Below, one piece after another: positions 12,971 to 25,430 of a DNA stretch of 64,000 nucleotides. Position numbers and translations under genes: made by a program. The stretch's first letter is position 1. Every line of letters begins with the position of its first letter. The DNA lies in the NCBI RefSeq assembly GCF_006345805.1, contig NC_043007.1, positions 59,396,001 through 59,460,000 on the forward strand, read 5' to 3'. The notes beneath the pieces were generated by a model that was not told the DNA's origin, made no database searches, and worked only from the letters and a program-made list of their open reading frames with translations. The DNA comes from Octopus sinensis (taxonomy: Eukaryota).

Positions 12971-13295
12971 TGTATGTGTGTGTCAGTGAGTGAATGTCAA
13001 TGCATGCATGTGTATGTGTGCGTGTGTGTGATTGGAAAGGAAAGGGTGAGTGAGAGGTGGGTGACGGCATCATACATTGTTTAATGAAAAATTATCTTTA
13101 TGCATTGAAGCCGTCCATTTAAAGAATGCATGAAGAAGTCCAATCAAACTCGCCGCTCACCATCCTCATAAATGTTTGCTTAATGAATCTTCTGTAAACT
13201 AAGTCATTCCTATTGATGCTGTTCTTGCCAATATTGTCTGTATTGTTTTTGATGTTACTGCTACTGTTGTCCCTTTCGTTGCTGCTATTGTTTAT

Positions 13296-13328
<33 letters not shown>

Positions 13329-13387
13329 AATTATTATTATAAAACCCCTCCTCCAAAATTCCAGGCCTTGTGCTTATATTAGAAAGG

Positions 13388-13420
<33 letters not shown>

Positions 13421-13433
13421 TATTATTATTATT

Positions 13434-13990
13434 ATTGAGTGAGAGAGCAGTGCATGCCATCAAAGTGACTCTGGGGTAAAATATACGAAGCCCAGTATAC
13501 CCATCATGACCACCCGTCTGATAAGGGTACATCAGGCACGTGCATCACAACCATATGTGCGCGACATGGTGATCTCATAACAAGACAAACAACGCACGAC
13601 CTCACAGGTGGGACCCAGCCAGAATTCTCCACTGGTCGGGTAACCCATCCCACTCAAAAGGTCCCTGACTAATGGTTATCCAAGGATGTTGAATGAAACA
13701 TCCATGCCTCCAGAGGTGAATCATTCAAACCCCAAAGAATCCCTCTCAACACATGGCTATGATGCTCCCCCACTACTTCTGCTCGTGATCAGAGATGCAC
13801 ATATCGTCAGCCACTAAGGGACATGCTCAACTGCTTAAGGTCAAACAACTGACAAGCAAATCTGTGGTATTGAGCAGAATATTTGCTGTAGCCCATCTTT
13901 TATACCAAGACAAAGCAATGTACATGATAACACTTCCAGTCAGTTAAGATCAGAAGCCATGAGAGCCGCTGCCTGGTACTGCATCAGGGC

Positions 13991-13992
<2 letters not shown>
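13434..13992 (-). mobile_element. Full-length AAT-flanked non-coding interspersed element (~560 bp)
   Basis: Bounded by (TTA)n on both sides; no TIR, no tRNA head and no clear ORF; multiple copies in the window. Confidence 0.8.
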
Positions 13993-14034
<42 letters not shown>

Positions 14035-14059
14035 TATTATTATTATATTATTATTATAT

Positions 14060-14520
14060 TATTGAGCGGGTGAGTAGCGCATGCCGTCAAAGTGACACTG
14101 GAGTTCAAATATACGAAGCCCATTATGCCCATCTTGACTACCCGTCTGATGAGGGCACAACAGGTACATGCATCACAATCATATGTGCGTGACAATACGA
14201 TCTTATATGAAGGTAAACAGCGCATGAGACCTTGCAGGTGGGACCCAGTTGGAATTTTCTTCAGGTGGAGTAGCCCATCCCGCTCAAAAGGTCCCCGAAG
14301 AAGGGTTGTTTAAGGATGTTGAACGAAACACTCACGTTTCCATAAGTGAATAATTCAAACTCCCAAAACTTCTTTTGAACACATGCCTTTGATAATCCCC
14401 CACTTCTGCTCGTGATCAGAGATGAACGTATTGTCAGCCGCGAAGGGATATGCTCAACTGGTTACGGTCAAGCAACTGAGAAGCAAATCTGTAGTATTGA
14501 GAACCAGTGCTTGGCATTGT
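14060..14520 (-). mobile_element. Second, truncated tandem copy of the AAT-flanked element
   Basis: Colinear with 13434-13880; separated from it only by (TTA)n. Confidence 0.8.
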
Positions 14521-14542
14521 TATTATTATGGTTGTTGTTTTC

Positions 14543-14617
<75 letters not shown>

Positions 14618-14639
14618 GTTATTATTATTATTATCGTTT

Positions 14640-14850
14640 TACTTCTCGAAACGTTCGGTCTTGTTTTTTCTGGTAGATTCTGAGAAAACGGACAGCAACC
14701 TGCTGTCAAACGTCTCACAGGGTCTCTTTCTGCATATTATAAGCTTTGATAATTGGTTGTTAATTATCGTGGGAGACATTCAACATCCAAGTACCAATCT
14801 TAAAACTCCAACTGCTCCCAGCAGCGCAGTTTTCTGGGCTTGCTCCACCA
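14640..14850 (-). mobile_element. Short 3' tail of another R4/Dong-like RLE element
   Basis: EQAQKTALLGAVGVLRLVL resembles the RLE C-terminal QKTALLG..ILR motif; followed by (TAA)n. Confidence 0.55.
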
Positions 14851-14892
14851 CCACCACCACCACACCACCACCACCACCACCACCACCACACC

Positions 14893-14939
<47 letters not shown>

Positions 14940-14949
14940 TGTTGTTGTT

Positions 14950-15064
14950 GTTGTCTTTCATCCTTTCGGGGTCGATAAATTAAGTACCAGTGAAACACTG
15001 GGATTGATGCAATCGTCTAGCCTCCCCGCACAACATTTCAGGCCTTGTGATTTTAGTAGAAAGG

Positions 15065-15121
<57 letters not shown>

Positions 15122-15555
15122 ATAATAATAATATTAACGAGGCGGCGAGCTGGCAAAATCGTTAGGATACCGGGCAAAATGATTAACAGCATTTCGTCCG
15201 TCTTTATGTTCTGAGTTCAAATGTCTCCGAGTTTGACTTTGCCTTTCATCCTTTTGGGGTCGATAAAATAAGTACCATATGAGCATTGAGGTCGATGTAA
15301 TCGACTTAATCCCTGCTCCGAAATTGGTGACCGTGTACCCAAATTTGAAACCATTATTATTATAATAATTAAGGCGGCAAGCTTGGCAGGATCGCTAGCA
15401 CGCCTTTACATTTTTGAGTTCAAACTCTGCCGGAGTCGATTTTGCCGTTCCTCTTTCTCGGGGTCGATGAAGTACCAGTTGAGTACTGGGATCAATGTAG
15501 TCAACTATTCGCCCCCACCAAAGTTTCAGGCCTTGTACCTATAGTAGAAATGATT
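14950..15555 (+). mobile_element. Cluster of three SINE family A copies separated by (ATT)n
   Basis: Heads ggcggcgagctggc at 15141 and ggcggcaagcttggc at 15373, plus a 5'-truncated copy at ~14950. Confidence 0.85.
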
Positions 15556-17177
15556 ATTTTTGCTATTGTTGTTTTTTTTTGTGTCTTCGATCTATTCATT
15601 TAATCAATTTCCATTGGCCAAAAGGGGGTTCACGTTTTCGACATCTCGCTTAACTGAGTACTAAAGGAACGCCGAACTACTATCACTTTTGCCTGCTTAG
15701 AAATATCACACCACCCCTTCGTAGTCATGGCAATGTTATTTACACGCGCGCGCGCACACAACACACACACACATACACATACACATCACACACACGCGCA
15801 CACACACACGTACACGCATACATACATACATATAGTGCCTTAACATGGCCGCAGTCTAATGAGTGAAACAAGTAAATGAGTAAAAGAATATATATATATA
15901 AGGAGAGAGCAAGGGAGGGAGAGAGAGAGGGAGAAAGAGAGAGGAGAGATACGAGAAGAAAAGCAAGATAAAGAGAGAAAAGGGGATAAAGTGATTGGTT
16001 CATCATTGAGCAAGCCAACGTTAATGTGGCTACTTCTGAGCAATTAGTTTAGTCAAATAAAGACTTGTTAATTCACGTCACTGTGCCATTATGAATTCTC
16101 GTGGAACTGACTATAACAATGAGGAAATAAGCTTCATTAGATACTTTGTTATAATAGCTAATGTATTTGCTTTTTATCTTTCTGGGAGCCTCCTCCCCTA
16201 TAAAAAATAAAACAAAATGAAACAAAAACGAAGCAAAACAAAACAAAACAAAATACAAAAGCAAAAAAGATAAAAAAATAAGTGCAAAAGGACGAGATAC
16301 TCACCACTGCATACAAATAAGTATTTGATGAAGTAATAGAAAAATATAATGGATTATTGTGAAACGTCCTACAATTTAGAATGTTGCAAGTCTCTAACAA
16401 GTCATTAGGGCTCTGGCTTGCATGCCTGAGGGTCAGTGGTTCATGTCCCGGCCTCAGTAGTACACTGTGTTCGCGGAAAAGTAACTGATTCTCAAAGTTC
16501 TTCATTGATAGATTGCTTTACAGAGGTATCAGGATGAAGTATATGTCTCAGTTGTGAACAGTAGGGTACGTGTACTATTGTAGATGTAATGTGATAGGCA
16601 TATCAGTATAAATGAACTGTAGCAAATGTATCTTAGTAGAAATACCGTGGTACGTACTCCATGTTTCGATTATAAAGAACTAGGCACACAGGGTTCAGTA
16701 CCAGCGCGACATTTCATCGCTTAGTCAGAGCCTTAAAATGATGTCTTGTTGAGGCTCTGATGAAGTCATAAGATTACGTAACTCCCGTTCTTTTGTCATT
16801 CATTTATTAATTAATCTTACGCTCCACATTGATCAGATGCTTCACATAAGAGTCCGAAACGGACCAATAGCCAGTTATTACGTGATTGAGTTGTAATAAC
16901 TGGCTATTGGTACTGAAACTTTCAAGGCGGCGCCCCCAGCATAATCCGATGGCCGGATAACTGAAGAGATGGTGGCGTGGATTTCCACCTCGGCATCCAA
17001 AACTCGGAGTTTTATCTTGGCTACCGAATAATTGTCACATATTATTTTTACAGATAAATTCCTCTATTTACATAATATCGAGGTCTCTTTCTTTCTTTTG
17101 TTATCTTACCGTTTTTATCAATATATATATAATATATATATTATATATATAATATATATAATATATATATATATATT

Positions 17178-17209
<32 letters not shown>

Positions 17210-18196
17210 ACGGGAAGCTTTATGAAAATAGACAAAAACGAAGGCAGGTGGAATACAAACAAACAATTGTATTAGTATGGCGCTCAGGAAATATAAATAA
17301 AACAAGTCTTTAACGTTTCGAGCCTACGCTCTTCAACAGAAAGATACACAGAGAAAAAACACAGAAAGGAGAGAAAAAAATTATGCGTGCAGAAGCTAGC
17401 GAATCAACATGGCGATCTGATTTCGGCCAGAAGTCAAAGATCAAACATGAGACGCAAGAGCGAAATTAGGGGAGATAATAGGGTTGAATGACCTCACTCC
17501 AACATAAGAGTGTGTGTGTGTGTATGAGAAGAATGTGTGTGTGTGTATGAGAGAGTATTAGTGCGTATGAGAGGTCTGGACGTGTGTATGTATATATGAT
17601 GTGATGTGTAAAGTCGTATGTTGTAGTGTAGAGTGAGGAGGAGAGGGGGAGGGGGAGGTAAGATGGAGAGAGGGGAGGGGGGAGGGGGGAGGGGGTGAGG
17701 GGAGAGAAAGAAAGGGGAGAAGAGGAGGGGAAGGGGAAAAGGGGGAGGAGGAAGGAGAGGAGAAGAGGAGGGGGAGAAGGAAGGAGAGGAGGGGAGAGGA
17801 GGAGGAGGATAGAGGAGAGAGGGGAGGGGGAGAGAGAGAAGGGGAGTGGAGGGAGCAGAGGGAAGGGGAAGAGGGAAGAAGGAGGGAGGGAGAAAGAGGG
17901 AAGAAGGGAAGAGGAGTAGGGGTGAAAGGATGAAGGACTGAAGAGAAGTAGGGGTCGGGGGGAGGTTAGATGAGGAGGAGGGAGAGAGGGGTTAGATGAG
18001 GAGGGGGGAGAGTTGAGAGAGAGTTTAGACCAATGGCGTTAAGAGCGAAGAGAGAAGATTAATTCCTGTTCACGGCGCAAACGGGAATCCGGATGGCCTC
18101 TGTGTAAGGACAAACCGAACACAGACAGGTGTTGCAAGGAGTGACCGGTGGAGCGGAAATGGCGTGAGACCGGTGTGTCGTTCGCAAGGCGGATGT

Positions 18197-18200
<4 letters not shown>
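17210..18200 (-). mobile_element. Penelope-like element 3' end (GIY-YIG C-terminus, low-complexity UTR, hammerhead motif)
   Basis: Minus strand 18198-18030 encodes DIRLANDTPVSRHFRSTGHSLQHLSVFGLSLHRGHPDSRLRREQELIFSLRS..GLN; hammerhead-like motif at 17307-17344. Confidence 0.75.
17307..17344 (-). ncRNA. Minimal type I hammerhead ribozyme motif (A6U variant)
   Basis: UCUUU-CUGUUGA-A-GAGC(GUAG)GCUC-GAAA-CGU-U-AAAGA. Confidence 0.6.
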
Positions 18201-18229
<29 letters not shown>

Positions 18230-18356
18230 CACTTCTAATATAAGGATAAACATTTTTTATCAGTGGCCAGAATATGAAAAATACCCTTTAAGGCGAAGAC
18301 TATAAATGCAATTATAAATAAGAGCAAAAAGAAAAAAAATTTTCTTTGCCAATATG

Positions 18357-18831
18357 CTGAAAAATAGACGTTAAATCGTCTAACCACATCAGATATTTTC
18401 ACTTATATTTTCACGTGTCGAAACGAGGAAAGCAAGCTAACAGAAATTCATAAAGTTATCACCGAATCGGTTCCGATTTCTGGATTAATCCAAAAGGATT
18501 CTTCCTTCACCAGCGAGGAACACAATGAAAATAAATGGAAGTACTTAGACATACCCACGGAAAAGCAGACGCAAAGCCATGAATACATTTAAGCACTCCA
18601 AATATATCCAAATAGAAATTCCGTAGCAAGCATCGACACAAGTGTAGTCGGTCAGGAAACGCACACAAGTGGTTAACCAGTCCCGAAGTGAATGAGAATT
18701 AATTTACTTCTAATATAAGGATAAAATGTTATCAAACAAATTTTACCAGCGACCAGCATATAAAATATGTGGTGTAATAATGTAAGTGAAAATATTTTAT
18801 GTGGTTAGATGATTTAGCATCCATTTTTCAG
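18357..18831. mobile_element. MITE-like element with ~50-bp imperfect terminal inverted repeats
   Basis: ctgaaaaatagacgttaaatcgtctaaccacatcagatattttcactta versus the reverse complement of taagtgaaaatattttatgtggttagatgatttagcatccatttttcag; no clear TSD. Confidence 0.55.
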
Positions 18832-19129
18832 ATTATTACCAAAGAGAATTTTTTCTTTTTGCATTATTTATAATTGTGTGTGTATAAATTGATTGACACT
18901 CATTTTCTTGCCCCAGAAGTAATGAAATACAGAGGTAGCTTGGGTAGGCTTTGAACTCATAAACGTGTGAAAGGACAATGTATGCTCTACTGATTCTGAA
19001 ATCTACTCCCTTCTTCGCCACCACCTTAAATGAAAAGTCAGAGAATTACTGTTGGTGCTTGATAGTGGGTGGAGGAGGCGGCGATGGTCCCTAAGGGTTT
19101 TAAAGAGGACAAAGTAAAAAAGTAAGAAA

Positions 19130-19636
19130 TGATAGTGCCGTGGGTTAAAAATTGATGGTAATTGGGGCAGCAACATTAGCGGCGAGGGTGATGGTGGTGA
19201 AGATAATGGTGATGATAGGGATGGGGGTAGAGTTGAGCATGATGACGATGATGATGAAGATGCTAGTGATGATGATAGGGGTGATGGTACTGATGAATAC
19301 GGTGGTAATGATGGCGGGAGTGATGAGGATGATGATGAGAGCTATTCTAATGATGGCGAAGATAACGATGATGATGAATATCATCATCACGATCATGATG
19401 GTAGTGACGATAATGGTATTTCTGAAGAGAATGATGATGATGGTGATGGCTATGATGATGATAACATTGACGATGATAACGACGACGAAAACGAGGACGA
19501 CAAAAATGACGATGACGCTGATGATGATGATGATGATAGTGATGATGATGATTACACTCACGATGATGGTAATAGTGACATTACTGATGCTGCTGCTGTT
19601 AATGATTATGATGTGAAAGTGTGTGCAAGACAGCTG

Positions 19637-19715
<79 letters not shown>

Positions 19716-20400
19716 ACACACAAATGGAAGAAGAGAAGAAAACCAGGCCTTTATCACTGACACTTTCATGTCCTGGGTGTTTTTTGACGATAATTAAGCC
19801 ATTGAGAAGTTAATTGTCTGAAACAAGAAGCAGCAGCAACAGCAACAACAACAACAACAACAACAGCAGCAGCAGCAACAGAAGAAGTAATAGGTTGCTC
19901 TGATATTCCATAGCAGAGGAGGGCCTTGAGGGTTTCTTTGCAATCCTTTGTTAACATCAATAATGATAATGATGATCAAAGCTAACGATAATTTGTGTCT
20001 ATGAATGTAAGTGCTTATGTGTGTGTGTGTGTGTGTGTGTGTGGTGCGTGTATATACGTGTACGAGTGTGTTTGTATGAGGATACGTTGGGTGTGTATGT
20101 GGGGTGTAGTTAACTAACAAAGATTAATTGAATACTGTACATGTGTCTTTTAGACACGATTGCCGACGTTGTTGTTGTTGTTGTTGGTGGTGGTGGTAGT
20201 GCTGTTGTTGTTGGTGGTGGTGGTAGTGCTGTTGTTGTTGTTGATGATGATAATGATGCTGATGACGATGACTACGACGACAACAATGATGATGATGATA
20301 ACGATGATGGCGATGCTGCTGCTGTTGTTGGTGAAAATGGCGTTAATGATGGTAATTACGGGATTGTTGTTGGCATTGTTATTTCACCTCTACAGAATTA
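19130..20400. repeat. Compound trinucleotide (GAT/GGT/GAC/GTT) and (CA)n low-complexity tracts
   Basis: Directly visible. Confidence 0.9.
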
Positions 20401-20574
20401 ATTTTCGTGATCTCCGAGTAAATTGGCTCACTTTATATACATACATTCGTGCCTACACTCACATACACAAGTATATGTATTCATGTGTATATCTACATAT
20501 ATACATACAGATATACAGACAGACAGATAGAACGCACGCGTGCGCGCACAGTTAATAGTTACATTATATGGGCA

Positions 20575-20720
20575 TGGGCATGGCTGTATGATTAAGAAAC
20601 TCGCTTTGCAGTCACATGGTTTGGGATTCAGTCCCTCTGCGCGGTACCTTGGGCAAGTATCTTCTACTATTGCCTTTTGAATGGATTTCATAGACTGAAA
20701 CTTATAAAAAGCCCGTCGTA
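20575..20720 (+). mobile_element. tRNA-like SINE family B
   Basis: ggttt/ccgggttcagtccc..ctgcg.ggcaccttgggcaagt.tcttctactat....gactgaaa...gcccgtcg. Other copies: 24268-24428(-), 30115-30272(+), 33462-33628(+), 43260-43412(-), 45513-45672(-), 49007-49352(-, two), 52133-52292(+). Confidence 0.85.
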
Positions 20721-20750
20721 TATATATATATATGTATGTATATATGTATG

Positions 20751-20845
<95 letters not shown>

Positions 20846-20879
20846 TCACAATAGCACTTATCCTGAGCAGGAACAGTAG

Positions 20880-21125
20880 TCAGCTAGAACCCTGACAGTC
20901 GTTCCAAATTGTGAGGCTTCACAATCACTGAGGATCTTTTCTGGCGAATTCACAACATTAACATAGCTAGGACTGCGTGCCGAAGACTGATCCTTCCCTT
21001 CAGGCCCAGAAAATATTTCCCCTACAATGTTCAAGTGAGGCTCACAATGGAATATTACTCTTTCATCTGGGATGGTGCTAGACAACCTAGACCCCAACAA
21101 CAACCTAGAAAAGGCTTACACTAGA
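20880..21125 (+). mobile_element. CR1/jockey-like RT C-terminal fragment
   Basis: Open frame GFTITEDLFWRIHNINIARTACRRLILPFRPRKYFPYNVQVRLTMEYYSFIWDGA, matching the G.TI..DL.W..H...A...R..L...YK..VRP.MEY...W.GA pattern. Confidence 0.7.
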
Positions 21126-21201
21126 GTATGTATGTATGTATGTATGTATGTATGTATGTATGTATGTATGTATGTATGTATGTATGTATGTATGTATGTA
21201 T

Positions 21202-21980
21202 ATGGAAGGACCATATCAGTGATTTTGAAATATTGGAAGGCTCTCGGTGCAAAAGTATAGAAGCTCTTGTGTTAAAGCAAAGGCTCAGATGGAGTGGTCA
21301 TCTGGTCAGGATGAAGGATTCAAGGATGCCAAAACAACTCTTTTATGGAGAGTTAGCTAAAGGAGAACGACCTCCACATAAACCAAAAAAGAGGTATAAG
21401 GATTAGCTGAAGGCTTCCTTAAGAGATGCTTGCATCTCTCCTGACACATGGGAAGGCATAGCTATTGATCGTAGCTGGTGGAGAAGGATTGTGCACGAGG
21501 GGACAGCCACTTTTGAGAAATCTCGAGCTGCACATGAGAAAGTAAGGAGGGATGTCAGGAAGGGCATCGCTGTTACACTTCCAGATGGGAAGGGTCTTCC
21601 TATGATGCTGACATGCAGTGTTTGTGCAAGACCCTGCCTCAGTAAAGCTGGACTCAAGAGTCATCTTCGTAGTCATAAAGCGAGACAGATGAGTGACAAC
21701 CTGGCCACTGGTGGTGGTGTAACACACCATACTAATCATATCTGTCGGACATGTGGAAGAGAGTGTAATTTGGCAGGAGGACTTAAACGACATGCAAAGG
21801 TACATGAAGCCCAGTTACAACTACAGCCAGCTATTACCAGTAAAGGTTTTAGTTGCCAATTCTGTACAAGACATTGTAGATCTTTAGCTGGGCTAAAAAT
21901 TCACATTCGATCACAGCACCAGTAACAGTTAAGCTTCGTGCAATGGCCATACTCGATAACGAGGGGGCAGCCATTATGTA
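21202..21980 (+). mobile_element. RTE-clade LINE 3' end with three C-terminal C2H2 zinc fingers
   Basis: SIEALVLKQRLRWSGHLVRMKDSRMPKQLFYGEL..G.RP..KPKKRYKD*LK..W..A.DR..WR; one in-frame TAG at 21404; fingers CSVC..H..H, CRTC..H..H, CQFC..H...H; 3' UTR ggccatactcgataacgagggggcagcc plus (TATG) tail. Confidence 0.9.
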
Positions 21981-22064
21981 TGTATATACATACATACATA
22001 CATACATGCATACACACACACACACACACACACCACACATACATATATATATATATATCACCGT

Positions 22065-22366
22065 GATCACCGTGACCGACCAGGCTATCAGATGTTGTTA
22101 CTCATCGCTGGTCACAATGCGCTTCGCATTGTTTTTAGCCTACAAATGACGCCACCCCGCTGGCTAAGCGAGCAGGCCAACAGAAGAAAGAGTGGGAGAG
22201 AGTTGTGGTGAAAGAGTACAACAGGGATCGCCCCCCACCCCTGCCGGAGTCTCGTGGAGTTTTAGGTGTTTTCGCTCAATAAACACTCACAACGCCCGGT
22301 CTGGGAATCGGAACCGCGATCCAACGACCACGAGTCTGCTGCTCTAACCACTGGGCCATTGCACCT
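22065..22366 (-). mobile_element. tRNA-like SINE family D
   Basis: Head ggcgcaatggcccagtggttag..ggttccgattccc; second copy at 50787-50975 (+). Confidence 0.8.
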
Positions 22367-22436
<70 letters not shown>

Positions 22437-22969
22437 ACACACACACAAACACACACACACACGCACACGCACACACACATATACACATATATGATAACAG
22501 TTTCTCTCAGCTCCACATTACTTACAGTTTTGTGGGAGTAGAACACGTGAACATTATCAGGGACGGTAACTGGTAGGAGAGAAATCTGTGCCATCGCTCG
22601 GTTGATATAGGTTAAGCTGATTAGATTGGAACAAACAAGAAATAAAGTGTTGTGCTCAATGTAACAATTCGTCGCCTTGTCTAAAGACTGAACCTACTAC
22701 TGTTAATCACAACGCCATTCACCTTAATGTGACATTTGAGATTCAATATGTTTCTCGAGAGGAGAGGAATTATATGTTTAAAAGAATTGTCTCAAAACAA
22801 GAACAAGGAAAACAAACAAAATATCCTTACCTTTGAAAAAACGAAAAAAAAGAAAGTAAGGAACCTATTCACTAATCTCTCTCTCAGTCTCTCCTCTACC
22901 ATCACTCTCCCTGCATATATGTGTATGTGCGTGCGTGTGTGTGAGTGAGTGTGTGTGTCTATCTATCTT

Positions 22970-23058
<89 letters not shown>

Positions 23059-23374
23059 ATATAATGATCTAAACTTTACGAGGCTATCTGCATACATCGT
23101 CACCATATATATGCACACGGTGACATTTCCCACTTTTGCACAGCACATTAGAAGATAAACTTTTTGTTATGCAGCGATAGCGGATTCAGATTTAAAAAAA
23201 AACATCATTAACACCTATGAAACTTCGATGCTTTGCTAAGCCCAAAATGTGGCCTTTTGTCCTGTGCAATTTTCAAGTAGGTACAGGATGCAAGGAACCT
23301 CATTGTCGATAACTAATGCATTCATATGAAACCGATCGCGAATTCAGTTTTGGTGATATATATATTATATATAT

Positions 23375-23405
<31 letters not shown>

Positions 23406-23529
23406 TATTATATTATATATAGATATCTTGATCCAGTTGGAAAAATGAACATCTTTACATCAGGTTTTGACAATTATGATCTAAGCATGTTGGATCTGAT
23501 TAGGTTATATTGAAAAACGAAAAAAAAAA

Positions 23530-24183
23530 ATATTTGTTCGTTCGTAAAGATATGGTGAACTGCACTATCAAGGAGTGAGATTAATAGGAAGTAAATGAAA
23601 TGGTGAAACATTAAGGAGATGATGCACAATTGATGAGAGGGAATTGTATGCACGGTTTGGATCCACAAATAGAAATGTTCGCGTATTTGTACATTATGAT
23701 CCAATAAATGAAATGGCAGGCAATAAAGTAGTTGAGTTTTTATTGCAATCTTCAAGAAGCAGTTGGGAAGATAGGAAAACATGATTTGCTGCTGTATACA
23801 TTAGACTTTAATACTAAAATGGGAAATGGTAATGATGGTTTTTCTGAATTTATGGATGTACAAACATTGAAAAAAATGGAATAAATAGCGATGCATTTTT
23901 GTATCATCAAAATATAAGGAATACACCAGGATGTCTCCGGACTGGAAACATCTAAATCTAACTGACTACATTTTAACTGATACGCGACATAGGCTCGCTA
24001 GACAATGTAAAGGTTAAAATGGGGACAGATGTTGTCAGTGACATCAAATCACGATGTTTATGTAAGAAATTAAGCTAAAACGAAAGATAACAATTAGATT
24101 ATCAACTCTAAAGTTAGATATAGGGAACTTAACAAAAGTGTCCGTCACACACACACACACACACCACACACAGACGCGCATAT

Positions 24184-24225
<42 letters not shown>

Positions 24226-25100
24226 GTATATATATTCTTATAATATATTGTTATACATATATATTCACGACAGGCTTCTTTCAGTTTCCGTCTACCACAT
24301 CCACTCACAAAGCCTTGGTCGGTCCGTGGCTATAGTAGAAGACACCTACTCAAGGTGCCAAGCAGTGGGACTGAACCTGGAACCATGTAGTTGGGAAACA
24401 AGGTTCTTACCACACAGCCACACCCGCGCTATGAATGTAAGAATAAATTTGTTGTTCTAAAGACATTGGATGAATAGGAACATTTGGGATGACGTATTTC
24501 TAATGTAAAATGATGTTGAAGAGACTCTACAAGAAACCGTAAAAATGTACACTTGGAAGAGGAGAAGGAACTAAGACGAAAAGATGGATTACAAATGAAA
24601 CATGGGGTTATAACAGAAAATGAAGATAGGAATCTTAAATATGAAACTGCAAGTAATTAAGATAAAAATTTACATGTTTTAAGAATCGGATATACAAGCT
24701 TTTATAGCGAAGTATGAAGATTCACTAAGTATGATAAGAGAAAGTACTTGAAGTACATTACCAATAAAACTGAAGCTCAAATGAATTGAGGAGGAGGGTG
24801 AAACATTAGATTAACTTAACGATCAAAGAATGATATTACGAACATGACAGGAGGAAACAAAGGGATCTTAATTAGAAATACATATGGGACCTCTTGACTA
24901 AAGATAAATGAATAAAGCAATTTGAAGCAAGAGTAAACAGACTATTTTCACAAAATCAAGAAAATATTCTACCAGCTGAACGGGAGGTGGACATTCGAAT
25001 CGGAGGAAACCACACTCCATGGCTGCCGGAAATAGAGTAGGATTATTGCTATAGCTGATGATGCCTGCTGAGGCAGAAACAAGTATGCATGACTGTCCTT
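23530..25100 (+). mobile_element. Old degenerate RTE-like LINE ORF (APE endonuclease + linker), interrupted by a microsatellite and SINE
   Basis: Fragments resembling F..NLQEAVGKIGKHDLL..LDFN.KMG.GNDG, NLTDYIL..R..NVKVKMGTDVVSD, and RWITNETW..Y.EV.R....DKRKY. Confidence 0.6.
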
Positions 25101-25344
25101 TTAACTCTAGACAATAAGATGGTTCATTTCCTTAATGGCATGTCAACTTTGAAGACTACTTGATTCTTGGTATTGTCTCCTCTTCTGAAGCGGAGCTGGT
25201 CTCATTTGCCATAGGATAATTGTAGCACATCCGCAAGAGATACAGATAATTTTAATAAAACAAGAATCTATGCTGTCTGATATTTGATGTACCTGTATTT
25301 ATACATGCCCTGCTCACTCTGAGTAAGTTCTCTGAGCTCATTTT

Positions 25345-25430
25345 TGTTTCATGCATACATGGTGGCTGCCCCCTCGTTATTGAGTATGGCCATTGCACGA
25401 AACTTAATCAATGTTGTTATCGTGCAATGC
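25345..25430 (-). mobile_element. Isolated RTE 3' UTR fragment
   Basis: Reverse complement of the 21930-21980 tail (ttcgtgcaatggccatactc.ataacgagggggcagcc). Confidence 0.7.

Noticed and set aside
13390-14640. CRISPR-like array (repeated units separated by short tracts)
   Set aside because: Eukaryotic context; the units are ~500-bp TE copies separated by microsatellite, with no constant short repeats, unique spacers or cas genes.
17630-18010. G-quadruplex-rich regulatory element
   Set aside because: The G-runs are real but form the low-complexity UTR of the Penelope remnant; no independent evidence of function.
21491-21925. Stand-alone host C2H2 zinc-finger gene
   Set aside because: In frame (through one stop) with the RTE RT C-terminus and followed by the RTE 3' UTR and tail, so it is part of a LINE.
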